This document shows, in pieces, positions 37,387 through 46,465 of a stretch of DNA of 64,000 bases; position 1 is the first letter of the stretch; the number at the start of each line of letters is the position of its first letter. The notes beneath the pieces were generated by a model, which saw nothing but the letters and a program-made list of their open reading frames with translations, was not told the origin of the DNA and did no database searches. The stretch spans positions 49,816 through 113,815 of the IMG/VR virus record IMGVR_UViG_3300022562_001652. The stretch is one strand, 5' to 3'. A program made the translations under genes and the position numbers. The stretch comes from a virus.

Positions 37387-38067
37387 CTACTCCGCTGCTT
37401 CCCGAGCGGCCTCCTCCAACTCGGAAACCGCCTTGTCCAGAATGTCGGTACCTTCTTCTGCGCCCCCCTTCGCTGTCGTCGTGGAAGTAGCCGTTGTCGT
37501 GGTCGGCTTGGGCTTACCCTTCTTGCCATACCGCATCGGCGACTTCGGATCGTGGACACCGGGGAGGTAAACACCAGGAGGTGTTTTGGCCGCGTCGGAA
37601 GATGGGGCGACCGGCGTCATGGCACGCATCACGAACTCGTCGGCTTCTTCTCTCGTCGTCACGGCGCGGACTCGGTTCGGAAGCTTCTGCCAGAACCCAT
37701 CGCACACGAGACTACGCGCGACAGTGCCACAGCGACACGCCTCCTCCGAATAGAAACCGCCGCCGTCTGAGTGCCGTGGGCAGTGAGAACGCATGAGCGT
37801 CTGAAGATCAGACACGATCGACTTGACCATTCCCAGGTGCTTGTCGCCCAAGTGCTCTATCAGGCTCTTCGGGGTCTGCGGCGTATACGGTGCGAATGAT
37901 CGCAAGGGATCACTTCCCGTTCCACACCCAGCCGGCTGCTGCCCTACGGCGCAGACTCCGCTCATGCTCTTGTTCGCCTCGTAGTGCAGGCAGGATTCGC
38001 ACTTCCTGTTGGGAAACACCGTACGAGAGAGCATCCCCTGTCCCGAAATACCTAGCAGCATCGTCAT
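37387..38067 (-). CDS. Cys-rich hypothetical protein
   Basis: 226 aa; CxxC.HY..C pattern; AGGAG RBS. Confidence 0.55.
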   Translation of the reverse strand: MTMLLGISGQGMLSRTVFPNRKCESCLHYEANKSMSGVCAVGQQPAGCGTGSDPLRSFAPYTPQTPKSLIEHLGDKHLGMVKSIVSDLQTLMRSHCPRHSDGGGFYSEEACRCGTVARSLVCDGFWQKLPNRVRAVTTREEADEFVMRAMTPVAPSSDAAKTPPGVYLPGVHDPKSPMRYGKKGKPKPTTTTATSTTTAKGGAEEGTDILDKAVSELEEAAREAAE

Positions 38068-38078
38068 CGTCGTACTCC

Positions 38079-38501
38079 TTAGGACGCCTCCCCGACAAGG
38101 GCGACGTAGAAGCTCGCCGTCTCTGTAGACGACGGATTCGTGACATGAATAGAGCTCAGACTCCCCGTCAGAAGAAACAAGCCGGGCTGGTCATAGCGCT
38201 GAAGGTTCGACAAGATGTCTGAGGCAACGACCGCCGGCAGCGCGCTGATGGGTATGCTCGCTTGTCCTATCCCGTCTAGCTTCACCTCGATATCCTGGTA
38301 CGCCAAGATCAGAACGATCGAGGCGTCGGTCACTGCTCCAAAGGGAACGGCATAGTCCGCCTGCGCGGCTACCAGCGTCTGTCTGTGAGAAGAGAACGTG
38401 GAAGAGCTCGCATCGTCGATCGCCCACTTCCCCTTCAGCAAGGCGTCGAGCTGTTCGTCGTCCTCTGAGATCAGTGCTCGTATCTCGACGAAGCTGCGCA
38501 C
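38079..38501 (-). CDS. Hypothetical beta-rich protein
   Basis: 140 aa, coupled in the operon. Confidence 0.55.
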   Translation of the reverse strand: MRSFVEIRALISEDDEQLDALLKGKWAIDDASSSTFSSHRQTLVAAQADYAVPFGAVTDASIVLILAYQDIEVKLDGIGQASIPISALPAVVASDILSNLQRYDQPGLFLLTGSLSSIHVTNPSSTETASFYVALVGEAS

Positions 38502-38678
38502 TTAGAACCTCTTCCGAAGATCGGAGTCGTCGACGATCTTCTTGGTGATCTCGCCACCCCCACCCTTCGACAAAGACCCGCACTGCGGGCACGACGATGT
38601 AGAGGACAACCACCTGTGTCCGCAACTTGGGCACTCTCTCTCGTAGTGCCTGCTGCTGTTCTTCTTCTCTTCGCTCAT
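38502..38678 (-). CDS. Small zinc-ribbon protein (not in the ORF track)
   Basis: 58 aa MSEEKKNSSRHYERECPSCGHRWLSSTSSCPQCG...; abuts or overlaps both neighbours. Confidence 0.6.
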   Translation of the reverse strand: MSEEKKNSSRHYERECPSCGHRWLSSTSSCPQCGSLSKGGGGEITKKIVDDSDLRKRF

Positions 38679-38980
38679 CTTGGCCTCGTAGGAGGAGGCG
38701 GTATTTTCCCATCACGGCGCGCGTTCTCGACCGCCTCTCTCCTCTTGCTCTCGATCGCGTCCCGCTCCTTGGCGTACTTTTCCGAAGGATCTTGGAGTAC
38801 TTCCTCCTCTAGCTGGCCTATGAGCTCTCCGCCAGAGATTCCTTCACCACGGCGCTTCCTGAGCTCGGCGAGCTTCTTCTTCTCCGCTTGGTGTCGTGCC
38901 TCGAAGGCCTCTTCGTCCGCCTCGCGCAGCTTCCCGATCAAGGCTTCGAGAGACACGTACTCAACTTCTGGCTCCTTCAC
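38675..38980 (-). CDS. Hypothetical coiled-coil protein
   Basis: 101 aa; AAGGAG RBS. Confidence 0.55.
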   Translation of the reverse strand: MKEPEVEYVSLEALIGKLREADEEAFEARHQAEKKKLAELRKRRGEGISGGELIGQLEEEVLQDPSEKYAKERDAIESKRREAVENARRDGKIPPPPTRPR

Positions 38981-39279
38981 GGAGAATCTCCTTTATCCTT
39001 GGAGGATACCACGATGCGCTCGACCACGCGTCGCTTCCGCGCGTACACCCGATTCACACACCCACAAGAACGCGCGACCGTCTCCCCCATGGCCTTGCCA
39101 TCTCGTGAAGGAACGACGGCGGAGAACACCCCACGGCCGTAACACGTGCGACACTTCTGATCAGCGTTCTCCTTAGGGTCAAGGGAGAGACCGAGCTCGT
39201 CGCGAACCCGAATTTTCTTCCCGTTAGGAAGTAGGGACTCTTGATTGGGAGGGCCTATGTTCAGAGAGACCTTGCTCAT
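38977..39279 (-). CDS. Zinc-finger hypothetical protein
   Basis: Probable start ATG 39279; CRTCYGRG...CGC. Confidence 0.55.
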   Translation of the reverse strand: MSKVSLNIGPPNQESLLPNGKKIRVRDELGLSLDPKENADQKCRTCYGRGVFSAVVPSRDGKAMGETVARSCGCVNRVYARKRRVVERIVVSSKDKGDSP

Positions 39280-39845
39280 GTTCCTTCTTCCTTCAAGAAG
39301 TTCTCCCACATCCGACTCGAGATCGGTTTGGGATCCGAAGTACGAGCCCCTTGGTACTTCGCGTCCGACTTGACGCCGTACGGCCTGTCCACGACGCCCT
39401 CCACCGTCATCCAGTAGATCTGTCCGATGGGCATCTTCGGATAGACACGAACACACTGGACTACGCTGATCTCCATGGTCCAGTGCCCGCAGAACCCGAC
39501 GTCTCCTCTGCCGGCCGTGGCGTGGATGAAGATGCCGAGGCGGCCAGCAGAAGACTTCCCGTCCAGAAACGGGACGAAGTCGTGCGACTCCGTGTATTCC
39601 TCCGTGACGCCGAGATAGATCCTGCCCGGATAGAGAATGGTCCCCTCATCCGGGATCTCGAAGAGGAAGACCTCGTTGTTCTTGGCCGCGTCGATGAGCC
39701 CGGGATCGTACATGAGAAGATTGCGCCCGAGCCGAACGTCGTAGCTGTTCGATCCCAACCGTTGTGGGTCGAAGGGCTCTACGACGATCCTGCCTTTGTC
39801 GATCTCTTCTCGGATCCTGCTATCTGAGAGAATCATGAAAGCCAC
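39276..39845 (-). CDS. dcd: dCTP deaminase
   Basis: 'ILSD', 'SYDVRLG', 'GKSSAGRLG', 'GDVGFCG..TMEI', 'IGQI', 'KYQG' motifs. Confidence 0.93.
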   Translation of the reverse strand: MAFMILSDSRIREEIDKGRIVVEPFDPQRLGSNSYDVRLGRNLLMYDPGLIDAAKNNEVFLFEIPDEGTILYPGRIYLGVTEEYTESHDFVPFLDGKSSAGRLGIFIHATAGRGDVGFCGHWTMEISVVQCVRVYPKMPIGQIYWMTVEGVVDRPYGVKSDAKYQGARTSDPKPISSRMWENFLKEEGT

Positions 39846-40528
39846 CCCCTCTTCTCCAAAACGAGCAGCATCTCGTTCACCGTCTCGTCAGGGTTGTTGC
39901 GCTCAGTATTCACGTACGCCACCTTGTCCACAGCCCCTGCTTCTTCGAGCCGGCTGCTGTAAAGGGCGTAGTGTCTGTGGGTTCTTTCTAGTAGGTCTTC
40001 GTCCTTATCAAAGGAAGAGAGGTTTCCCCTTCCCTGCATCCTGTCCTTAGTAGCTTGGGGTGATGCCAGCAGAACAAAAAGCAAAGTGGTGTCTGGAACC
40101 AAAGTAAAAGGATCATCACCACCCGACCTTAAAGCCCTAGGAACGATGTTCCTAAAAACACGGTGCACTACAGACGACCACCACGCGCTACCTTGATACA
40201 CGTAGCTGGTCGTCAGCGGGTGTCGATCGCAGATGACGACCCCTCCCTCCTTCAAGAAAGGGTTGATGTGCTTGAAGTGCTCGTCGAGTGCGTCTGCGAC
40301 TAGCAGATGCAGCATGGCGGCATCGTGGAAGCATGAGGGGGAGCTACCACCACCCGTGGACAACTTTTCCCGAATCAACTTCCCGATCGGACTATGCTTC
40401 GTAGGAAAGTGAAAAGCCTTTACCAGGATCTGCTTCTCTTGAATCCTCTCCACCAGACCGGCTACGGCGGTCGTCTTGCCTACCCCGTCTGGGCCATCGA
40501 CGATCATGAATCTGCGATTACCCTGCAT
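39833..40528 (-). CDS. tmk: Thymidylate (dTMP) kinase
   Basis: P-loop GPDGVGKTT, 'FP', 'VICDR....SYVYQG' motifs. Confidence 0.9.
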   Translation of the reverse strand: MQGNRRFMIVDGPDGVGKTTAVAGLVERIQEKQILVKAFHFPTKHSPIGKLIREKLSTGGGSSPSCFHDAAMLHLLVADALDEHFKHINPFLKEGGVVICDRHPLTTSYVYQGSAWWSSVVHRVFRNIVPRALRSGGDDPFTLVPDTTLLFVLLASPQATKDRMQGRGNLSSFDKDEDLLERTHRHYALYSSRLEEAGAVDKVAYVNTERNNPDETVNEMLLVLEKRGWLS

Positions 40529-40565
40529 CTGAAACCTCCTCTTCTGGTGAACGAAAGGCTAGCAC

Positions 40566-40619
40566 TTTTCGCCTAAAACAGCTACGAAACGTGTACCTTG
40601 TTTTTTCACCTAAAACCGC
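40566..40619. repeat. Imperfect 17-bp direct repeat TTTTC(G/A)CCTAAAAC(A/C)GC, 37-bp period
   Basis: Copies at 40566-40582 and 40603-40619 in the AT-rich divergent control region. Confidence 0.6.
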
Positions 40620-40641
40620 GAACATGCTGAGAAAATAGTTG

Positions 40642-40670
40642 TTGACATTTTATTAAAAATATGCTACATT
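40642..40670 (+). promoter_or_regulatory. Sigma70-type promoter
   Basis: TTGACA (40642-47), 17-nt spacer, TACATT (40665-70) with TG extension; AT-rich upstream. Confidence 0.75.
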
Positions 40671-41099
40671 TCAGCTTGCTGAAAAGGTGGCGGAGCCACG
40701 GTTGGTGCAGCGGTCTCCCGGCAGGGAGGCCCTGGACAACCAACCACTCCTCGTAAAAGAGATCAACACAACCAAGCAAAAATGAAGAAGCGACAAGGTC
40801 GAGCTCCGCGAGACCGTCTTCGCTTCTTCATTCGCGAAGCGAATCTTCGCGCTCCACGAGGAAGAAAAGCACGGAGCAGACGGCCAAAGCTCTGTGTTCT
40901 CACGAACACGATCCTACAACCCCTGTGGACACTGTCTCATAGAACGTGTGAAGTAGGACCCACGTAGCTCCTACCCCTCGCCAGTCTGCCTCTTTCCTCC
41001 CTCCCCCTTTCCTCTCGTATCGGCTCGTGTATAACGCTTGTTATAACTTGGTCTGCTTTTCCCCTGATCCTGGAAAAAGCGGAAAGGGAGCTCTTTGAG

Positions 41100-41405
41100 T
41101 CAGGGTTTGCGCAGACAGCGCGCGTCCGCGATCGCTGCTCGAGCAACGAGCAACCGGACGTTGAAGAGGAGGGCAGCGTGTTGCCCGGCGTCGTAGCACA
41201 CCTCGTCAGGAAGACACTTCTTAGCTAGACACGTTTCCAGGGAGTCGTCGTCTTCGCATGCGTGCGGCTCGCCGACCGGGAGAAGGTCGGCGAGCATCGG
41301 CATATCCAGGCAAGGAAGAGTCTCGGTACGCACGACCACGCTAGGTGGGGGACATGTCTTGCAACAAGCCTCTAGGAGCAGGGTCACCAGAAGGAGAGCT
41401 CTCAT
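41100..41405 (-). CDS. o-spanin-like lipoprotein
   Basis: Start ATG 41405; signal peptide MRALLLVTLLLEAC; Pro/Cys-rich; overlaps the i-spanin-like gene. Confidence 0.55.
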   Translation of the reverse strand: MRALLLVTLLLEACCKTCPPPSVVVRTETLPCLDMPMLADLLPVGEPHACEDDDSLETCLAKKCLPDEVCYDAGQHAALLFNVRLLVARAAIADARCLRKP

Positions 41406-41746
41406 GGAGAGTCCTCTTCTTTCTTGGGCCATAGAGAGGCCATCTCCTTTGCCTGCTGCTTGGCGTTCGCGCTCATGTTGCTCTTCAGGATCTCTTGCAG
41501 CAGAGCGTCGGCTTTCGCAAAGGCTGCCTTGTTTCTCTTCTCCTCTTCTTCCTTTTGCATCTCTGAGTCCAGGAGCTCTTTCTCCAACGTAGCGAGGTTC
41601 TCACGCATCGATCCGATGCGTGTGTCACGCTCAGACAGCTCCTTCTTCAGGCTCTTCTCGTCCGACAAGCTGATACGCCACAGGACGAAAAAGAATCCGG
41701 CGAGCACCCCGCCTCCCAGGAGGCTCACCAGGGTATAGACGCTCAT
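41402..41746 (-). CDS. i-spanin-like membrane-anchored coiled-coil protein
   Basis: N-terminal TM helix plus charged coiled coil; follows the holin-like gene. Confidence 0.55.
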   Translation of the reverse strand: MSVYTLVSLLGGGVLAGFFFVLWRISLSDEKSLKKELSERDTRIGSMRENLATLEKELLDSEMQKEEEEKRNKAAFAKADALLQEILKSNMSANAKQQAKEMASLWPKKEEDSP

Positions 41747-42165
41747 GGGCTCGTCTTGGCGAACCCACGCGCGATGGTGTAGCCGAGCGCCACCAGCGTA
41801 GACTGCGCCAGAGCAAAGGCCTGCGCGACAGGTCCGTCGGTCGGCATGAGGCCTGAAGTCGCCGCCAAGCCTACAGCCAAGCTCACCACAGTGAGCCAGA
41901 ACTCCGTCGTCTTGTACCCAGGCCCTGGCTCGTCCGACTCTCCGTGCTTCACCAGGCCGCGAACCATGGTGTAGCCGAGCGTGGACAGCATCATCGTGAC
42001 GAACGCGATGACCTGTCCGACGACGCCGCTGTCGCTGAGCAGGTGGTTGGCTCCGAGCAGGCCCAGGACGGCGGCCAGCACAGTTAGCCAGAACTCCGTC
42101 GTCTTGTATCCTGGCTTGATGGGTGCTTCTTCCGTAGAAGAGGTCGTGAGAGTTTCAGATGTCAT
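41743..42165 (-). CDS. Holin-like membrane protein with internal duplication
   Basis: Two copies of 'PGYKTTEFWLTV'-TM-TM-'LGYT..RG..K'; DNA repeat at ~41894-41916 and ~42086-42108. Confidence 0.6.
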   Translation of the reverse strand: MTSETLTTSSTEEAPIKPGYKTTEFWLTVLAAVLGLLGANHLLSDSGVVGQVIAFVTMMLSTLGYTMVRGLVKHGESDEPGPGYKTTEFWLTVVSLAVGLAATSGLMPTDGPVAQAFALAQSTLVALGYTIARGFAKTSP

Positions 42166-42176
42166 TTTTTCCTCCT

Positions 42177-42476
42177 TCAGTCGTACTTCTCTTCATCTGC
42201 GTGTCGAGATAAGGTTCTCTTCTGCTCGTATTTCGCATGAACATCTTCGACGATCTTCGTCACTTCATTGAACATCTTCTCCTGTAGGTCAGGTAGGTTT
42301 CTGTCCCCACGACCCACGTACACGACGACCTCGAGGTGATCAGGAGACAGGCGCAGCTCGAACAGCCTCATCGTGGCTACGAGCTCTCGCACGATGTCTC
42401 CGGCCTCGTCGGAAGTCAGTTCCCGCCGCCACCATAGAGGACGCACGACGATGTCTAGCCTCGGTAACATGCTCAT
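42177..42476 (-). CDS. Hypothetical protein
   Basis: 99 aa; GGAG RBS; TGCTATTAT extended -10 upstream. Confidence 0.5.
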   Translation of the reverse strand: MSMLPRLDIVVRPLWWRRELTSDEAGDIVRELVATMRLFELRLSPDHLEVVVYVGRGDRNLPDLQEKMFNEVTKIVEDVHAKYEQKRTLSRHADEEKYD

Positions 42477-42566
42477 TTTGGCTTTGCTCCCGTCGTTTCG
42501 GGCTCATAATAGCACGCGTTCTCGAAAGAGGGACGTTCGTCAAAAAGAGAGAAGAGGGAGGACGAT

Positions 42567-43466
42567 ATGAAAATCATCGACAAGCCGCAAGTGTTCCTGA
42601 TCGCGTCTCCGACCCTGCGTTGGCAGGGTATCGAGAGGTATCTGGCAGAGGTAGGAGGAGAAGCATGGGAAGAGCAGAAGGTATTATCGGAGGAGTCTGG
42701 TCTAAATGAGCCAGAGGCAGAGACTCTCGTCGAGTTCATGGGGCGGGTCTGCTACCGAAGCTGGAAACCAGGACTGAACGCTAACGTGACGAAGGTGAGG
42801 ACGGACACGAAGGAGTATCTTCATAACGTCCTGAAGAGTGGGCACGGCCGCCTCCTCGAGCACGCGAACTTCAGTTTCGTCTTCCACAACGTCTCTCGAA
42901 TTTTGACACATGAGCTGGTTAGACATAACGTCGGTACGGTGTTCGCGCAGGAGTCGATGCGCTTCGTCAGGCTCACCGACATCCCGTTCTGGTTTCCTGA
43001 GTGGGCTCTTTGTGATGAAGAGTTGAAGAAGCACGCCTACGATCTCCTACAACACATGGAAACCTTCCAGCTCTGGATGGCGAAGCACTTCGAGCTCGAC
43101 GAAAAGGAGATCACCTGCCCGAACTGTGGGGGGAGTGGGAAATGGGAGATGGGGTGTGTGCGAGAGTCCTGTTCTGCGTGCGGCGGCTCCGGGAAGTTCG
43201 CCAACAGCTTTGCTAACAAGAAACACAAGACATCCTTCATGCGTCGATTCGCCCCTCAGGGCGTAGCCACCGGTATCGGAGCTACGTTCAACATCCGAGC
43301 GTTACGGCACATCATCTACATGCGGACTGCGCTGGCCGCTGAGGAAGAGATCAGGTTGGTCATGGACGATGTGGCTGAGATCGTCCTACATGAGGTGCCG
43401 AATCTCCTGCAGGACTACTCTCCGAATGAAGACAGGGAGTGGATCCCTGAGTTCATGAAGGTGTGA
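42567..43466 (+). CDS. thyX: Flavin-dependent thymidylate synthase with a CxxCxGxG zinc-finger insertion
   Basis: 'GRVCYRS', 'GH..LLEH', 'SRILTHELVRH...QESMRFV', 'N.RALRH...R', 'EEIR' motifs. Confidence 0.9.
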   Translation: MKIIDKPQVFLIASPTLRWQGIERYLAEVGGEAWEEQKVLSEESGLNEPEAETLVEFMGRVCYRSWKPGLNANVTKVRTDTKEYLHNVLKSGHGRLLEHANFSFVFHNVSRILTHELVRHNVGTVFAQESMRFVRLTDIPFWFPEWALCDEELKKHAYDLLQHMETFQLWMAKHFELDEKEITCPNCGGSGKWEMGCVRESCSACGGSGKFANSFANKKHKTSFMRRFAPQGVATGIGATFNIRALRHIIYMRTALAAEEEIRLVMDDVAEIVLHEVPNLLQDYSPNEDREWIPEFMKV

Positions 43467-43669
43467 AAATGGCACTGTACCCAAGCCGAAGCCTCATCCA
43501 CAAGTACATGGGACCACCCGATTCGTGCTCTAAGTGTTGCGGGATGGGGTGGTACCCAGACGAGGTCGGCGATCGGTACTGCGACTGCGGTACAGAGAGG
43601 AAACGTCTAGATAAGAAATGGGAAGAACAAAAGCTTCGAGAAAAGGAGAAGAGGCAGCGTGGCAGCTAG
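43463..43669 (+). CDS. Small Cys-rich protein
   Basis: 68 aa; CxxCxGxG...CxC; coupled to thyX. Confidence 0.5.
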   Translation: MKMALYPSRSLIHKYMGPPDSCSKCCGMGWYPDEVGDRYCDCGTERKRLDKKWEEQKLREKEKRQRGS

Positions 43670-44337
43670 CCGACCTTTCGACCGCGCGACAGGCTTCGTA
43701 GCTGCTCGAGTTTCACCCTAGCCCACACCTTGTTCCTCTTCCCTGGCGCCAGGTGTTCGTCCCAGAAGGCGCCACACTCCTTCTTCAGACGCTTGATCAG
43801 GAGGTCGTCTCTAGGCACGGGGAAGACCTCTATGTCTCCCCCACCGAGGAGGGCGACGACAGTGATTTCGGAGTAGCCGAGCACAGCCATCTGCCACTGG
43901 CACTGGACGGCTACATACTCGGGTACCTTCTTTCCCCAGTCCCAGTGGCTGAGTTGCTTCCACCCCACGCACTTGATCTCGATGACACGCGCCTGTTCCT
44001 CAGGGATGGGTTTTCCCTTTCGATAGGTCTCGCTGCCCGTTCTCAGCACGTAGAAGTCTGGCGTGGTCGACATCCATTCGTTCGCGATCACGGTGTAGCC
44101 ACCTACGAGAGATACCCCTTCTATCTTCCCTAGCTCTAGCGCCAGTTCTGCTACAGGACGTTCCAGCTTGTGACCGATCTTGAAGGCGTCTTTCTCCTCT
44201 GACTTCTTCGGGTCGAGCTTCCTCTCCAGGACCTGACTTCCAGAGGACCACGGGCTCATCCCAACGATAGACGGCACGTCCGAGCTCCCTACGGTCCACT
44301 TTCTCTTCTCTAGCTCTGCAGGACTGAGCATACCCAT
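43666..44337 (-). CDS. YqaJ-like / lambda-exonuclease-family nuclease
   Basis: 'GSSD...IVG.SPW', 'G..LE', 'TPD', 'EIK', 'Q.QWQM.V.G' motifs. Confidence 0.88.
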   Translation of the reverse strand: MGMLSPAELEKRKWTVGSSDVPSIVGMSPWSSGSQVLERKLDPKKSEEKDAFKIGHKLERPVAELALELGKIEGVSLVGGYTVIANEWMSTTPDFYVLRTGSETYRKGKPIPEEQARVIEIKCVGWKQLSHWDWGKKVPEYVAVQCQWQMAVLGYSEITVVALLGGGDIEVFPVPRDDLLIKRLKKECGAFWDEHLAPGKRNKVWARVKLEQLRSLSRGRKVG

Positions 44338-44708
44338 GATGATACACGATCTTTTAGTCGAAACGGCGTTAGCTTTTTTTGGCGAAAAAAGACCTTGCTA
44401 CCTGTTGGAAGGAGAGCTACTCTTCACGTTGAAGATGGCCGTGTATGTAGCCTACAGAGAACGAGGAAAAGGGCCGAAGAGACTGGCCAGGCAGAACGCT
44501 TTGGAGCTGCGCCAGGAGCTCCGCACGTTCGCGAACACGACGTGGACCGTTGCTCGCTACACCACCTCCTCGTGGAAGGAGGAAACGTTGTGTCGTCTTT
44601 TTGAGAACCCGCTAAAGGTCGAGGCTGACGACGTCGAGCGCTACGACGTCTCCTCTTCTGGCAGAATAAGGAGGGTGTACGAATGACGACCCTCCTGGAG
44701 AAGAGAGA

Positions 44709-44945
44709 ATGAAGCGAAGACTGCGCATCTCGACCACGAAGCCGAAGGAGCTAGGAGCTCTGATTCGTAGTCTTCGAAAGGATCTTGGCCTCTCCCTCAG
44801 AGAGGTGGCTGAGAAGACGGGGATGGGCACGGCTCACGTGAGCCGGATCGAGCTCGGCCAATCGGTTCCCACGGTGAGCACGCTGAACCGGCTTGCTAGC
44901 GTGCTCAAGGTCAAGTGGGTGCTGGTAGCTAAGGAGAGGAAGTGA
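44709..44945 (+). CDS. XRE-family HTH transcriptional regulator
   Basis: 'IRSLRKDLGLSLREVAEKTG...HVSRIELG..VPT..TL.RLA..L'. Confidence 0.85.
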   Translation: MKRRLRISTTKPKELGALIRSLRKDLGLSLREVAEKTGMGTAHVSRIELGQSVPTVSTLNRLASVLKVKWVLVAKERK

Positions 44946-45066
44946 GGAAAGTTCGAGATTGGATCGGGTACGTGTTGATCCGGTTCGGACTCAAAGTCCT
45001 CCCGGCCAGCAGGACGAAGGAAGAGCTCTACATCGTCTTCGAACTGTGGAAAGGGGATGATGATGC

Positions 45067-45315
45067 ATGAGTGGGCGCCGTAGAAGACGGGTCTGGGGGA
45101 AAGTCTTTCTGAACGAAATTCCGTGCAACAAAACCTGGAGCGCGTGGGTGTTCTGCCCGAATCCAGACTACGAGCTGTACAACAGGTACGATGTTGTCTT
45201 TCTGGCTTCTCTAGGAAACCAGACGGCACAAGAAGCGATAGATAGGGTCGGCAAGTTGTTGGAGAGAGACAGACAGAAGATCGAAGAACTCAGAGAGAGG
45301 AGAAGGGTACGATGA
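45067..45315 (+). CDS. Hypothetical protein
   Basis: 82 aa in a tightly coupled run of plus-strand genes. Confidence 0.45.
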   Translation: MSGRRRRRVWGKVFLNEIPCNKTWSAWVFCPNPDYELYNRYDVVFLASLGNQTAQEAIDRVGKLLERDRQKIEELRERRRVR

Positions 45316-45494
45316 CGATCGCCGAGATGTTCGAAGAGCTGAAGCGCCTCGTGGACGAGGACGAGTACAACGCAGACGACACCGTCGTAGCGATGGTGGT
45401 CGAGAAGTCCGACGGATCTGGTGCCTTCGCGGAGGAGATCGTGTCTCTAGCGCCAGAGAAGTGGGGAGGTCGGACGGTCATCGTGGTGCGGTGA
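45312..45494 (+). CDS. Small acidic hypothetical protein
   Basis: 60 aa; ATGA overlap with the upstream gene. Confidence 0.5.
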   Translation: MTIAEMFEELKRLVDEDEYNADDTVVAMVVEKSDGSGAFAEEIVSLAPEKWGGRTVIVVR

Positions 45495-45678
45495 TGAGAC
45501 CCTCTCGGGAGGAGGGTTTCTGTCTCGCCGAGCGCGAAGAGGAGGCGAAGCATCGGCGAAACAAGAAAGGGGTAGCGGAGTGTGGGACTCCCGCCAAGCA
45601 GGAGGATCTGACGGACGACATCGACGAGGTTACTTGCCCAAGATGCGCCGTTACTCCGCTCTTTCCGAGAGGTACTCA

Positions 45679-46188
45679 ATGAAGGCGATAGCTGCCGCGT
45701 GTGTCGTAGCTTTTTCAACTTCCTGTGGATCCTCTACACCTGACTCGAACGCGACGGCGTTGTTCGTGGACATGTCGACTCTGCCGTACCCAGATCGGAT
45801 CGACGACGCTGAGGCCACTGTCGAAGAAACCATCTCGTTTTACGAAGAGCGTGGCTTCTCGATACTCCGAGCCAGTACCAGGGAGACGTCGAACGTGTAC
45901 CTGTACTGGGGGGAAACGACGTATCTTGGGTATACCAGCCACAACCCTGGCGGTGTCGTGATCGTGATTCGAGACCACCTAGCCAACCACCTCGAGTGGT
46001 GGTGGGAAGAGGATGGTTTGGAGCGCTGCAGCCCCGGCATGGCCGACATGACTGGGATCATCATGCATGAAATCGGACACGCTCTCGGGCTCGTGCATGT
46101 CGAGGATGACCGGGACGTGATGGACCCTGGGCTGGTCCCTTGCGAACCGCGTCGACGGTTGTCACAGACGCGGAACGGAGTCTTCTAG
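45679..46188 (+). CDS. Matrixin (M10-like) zinc metalloprotease lipoprotein
   Basis: Start ATG 45679; lipobox-like STSC; HEIGHALGLVH...DVM metzincin motif. Confidence 0.8.
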   Translation: MKAIAAACVVAFSTSCGSSTPDSNATALFVDMSTLPYPDRIDDAEATVEETISFYEERGFSILRASTRETSNVYLYWGETTYLGYTSHNPGGVVIVIRDHLANHLEWWWEEDGLERCSPGMADMTGIIMHEIGHALGLVHVEDDRDVMDPGLVPCEPRRRLSQTRNGVF

Positions 46189-46465
46189 CAGGGAGGTACG
46201 TGATGTCGTTGCTTGTTGCACCTTCACGAGGAATGACGAACAGGTTCATACGCTTCCTTCGTTACGTAGGGATGTTTCGCCCGTACCCAAGGATCAGCGT
46301 TCTCGACGATGCTGCCGACATCGGCGGCGCGCTCATAGTGATGCTGGTGCTGTGTCCTGTCTTCATCGCAGAACTGCTGCGGCGTCGGAGAGAGAGTAAA
46401 GCCCACATTATCCGGGTGGTCGGATCCTTGGGTCAGCTGTCGGGGTCGGAAAGAAAGGCGCTACA

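Noticed and set aside
265-40000. Numerous long plus-strand ORFs opposite the structural genes
   Set aside because: Shadow ORFs from GC-rich codon bias; no motifs or RBS
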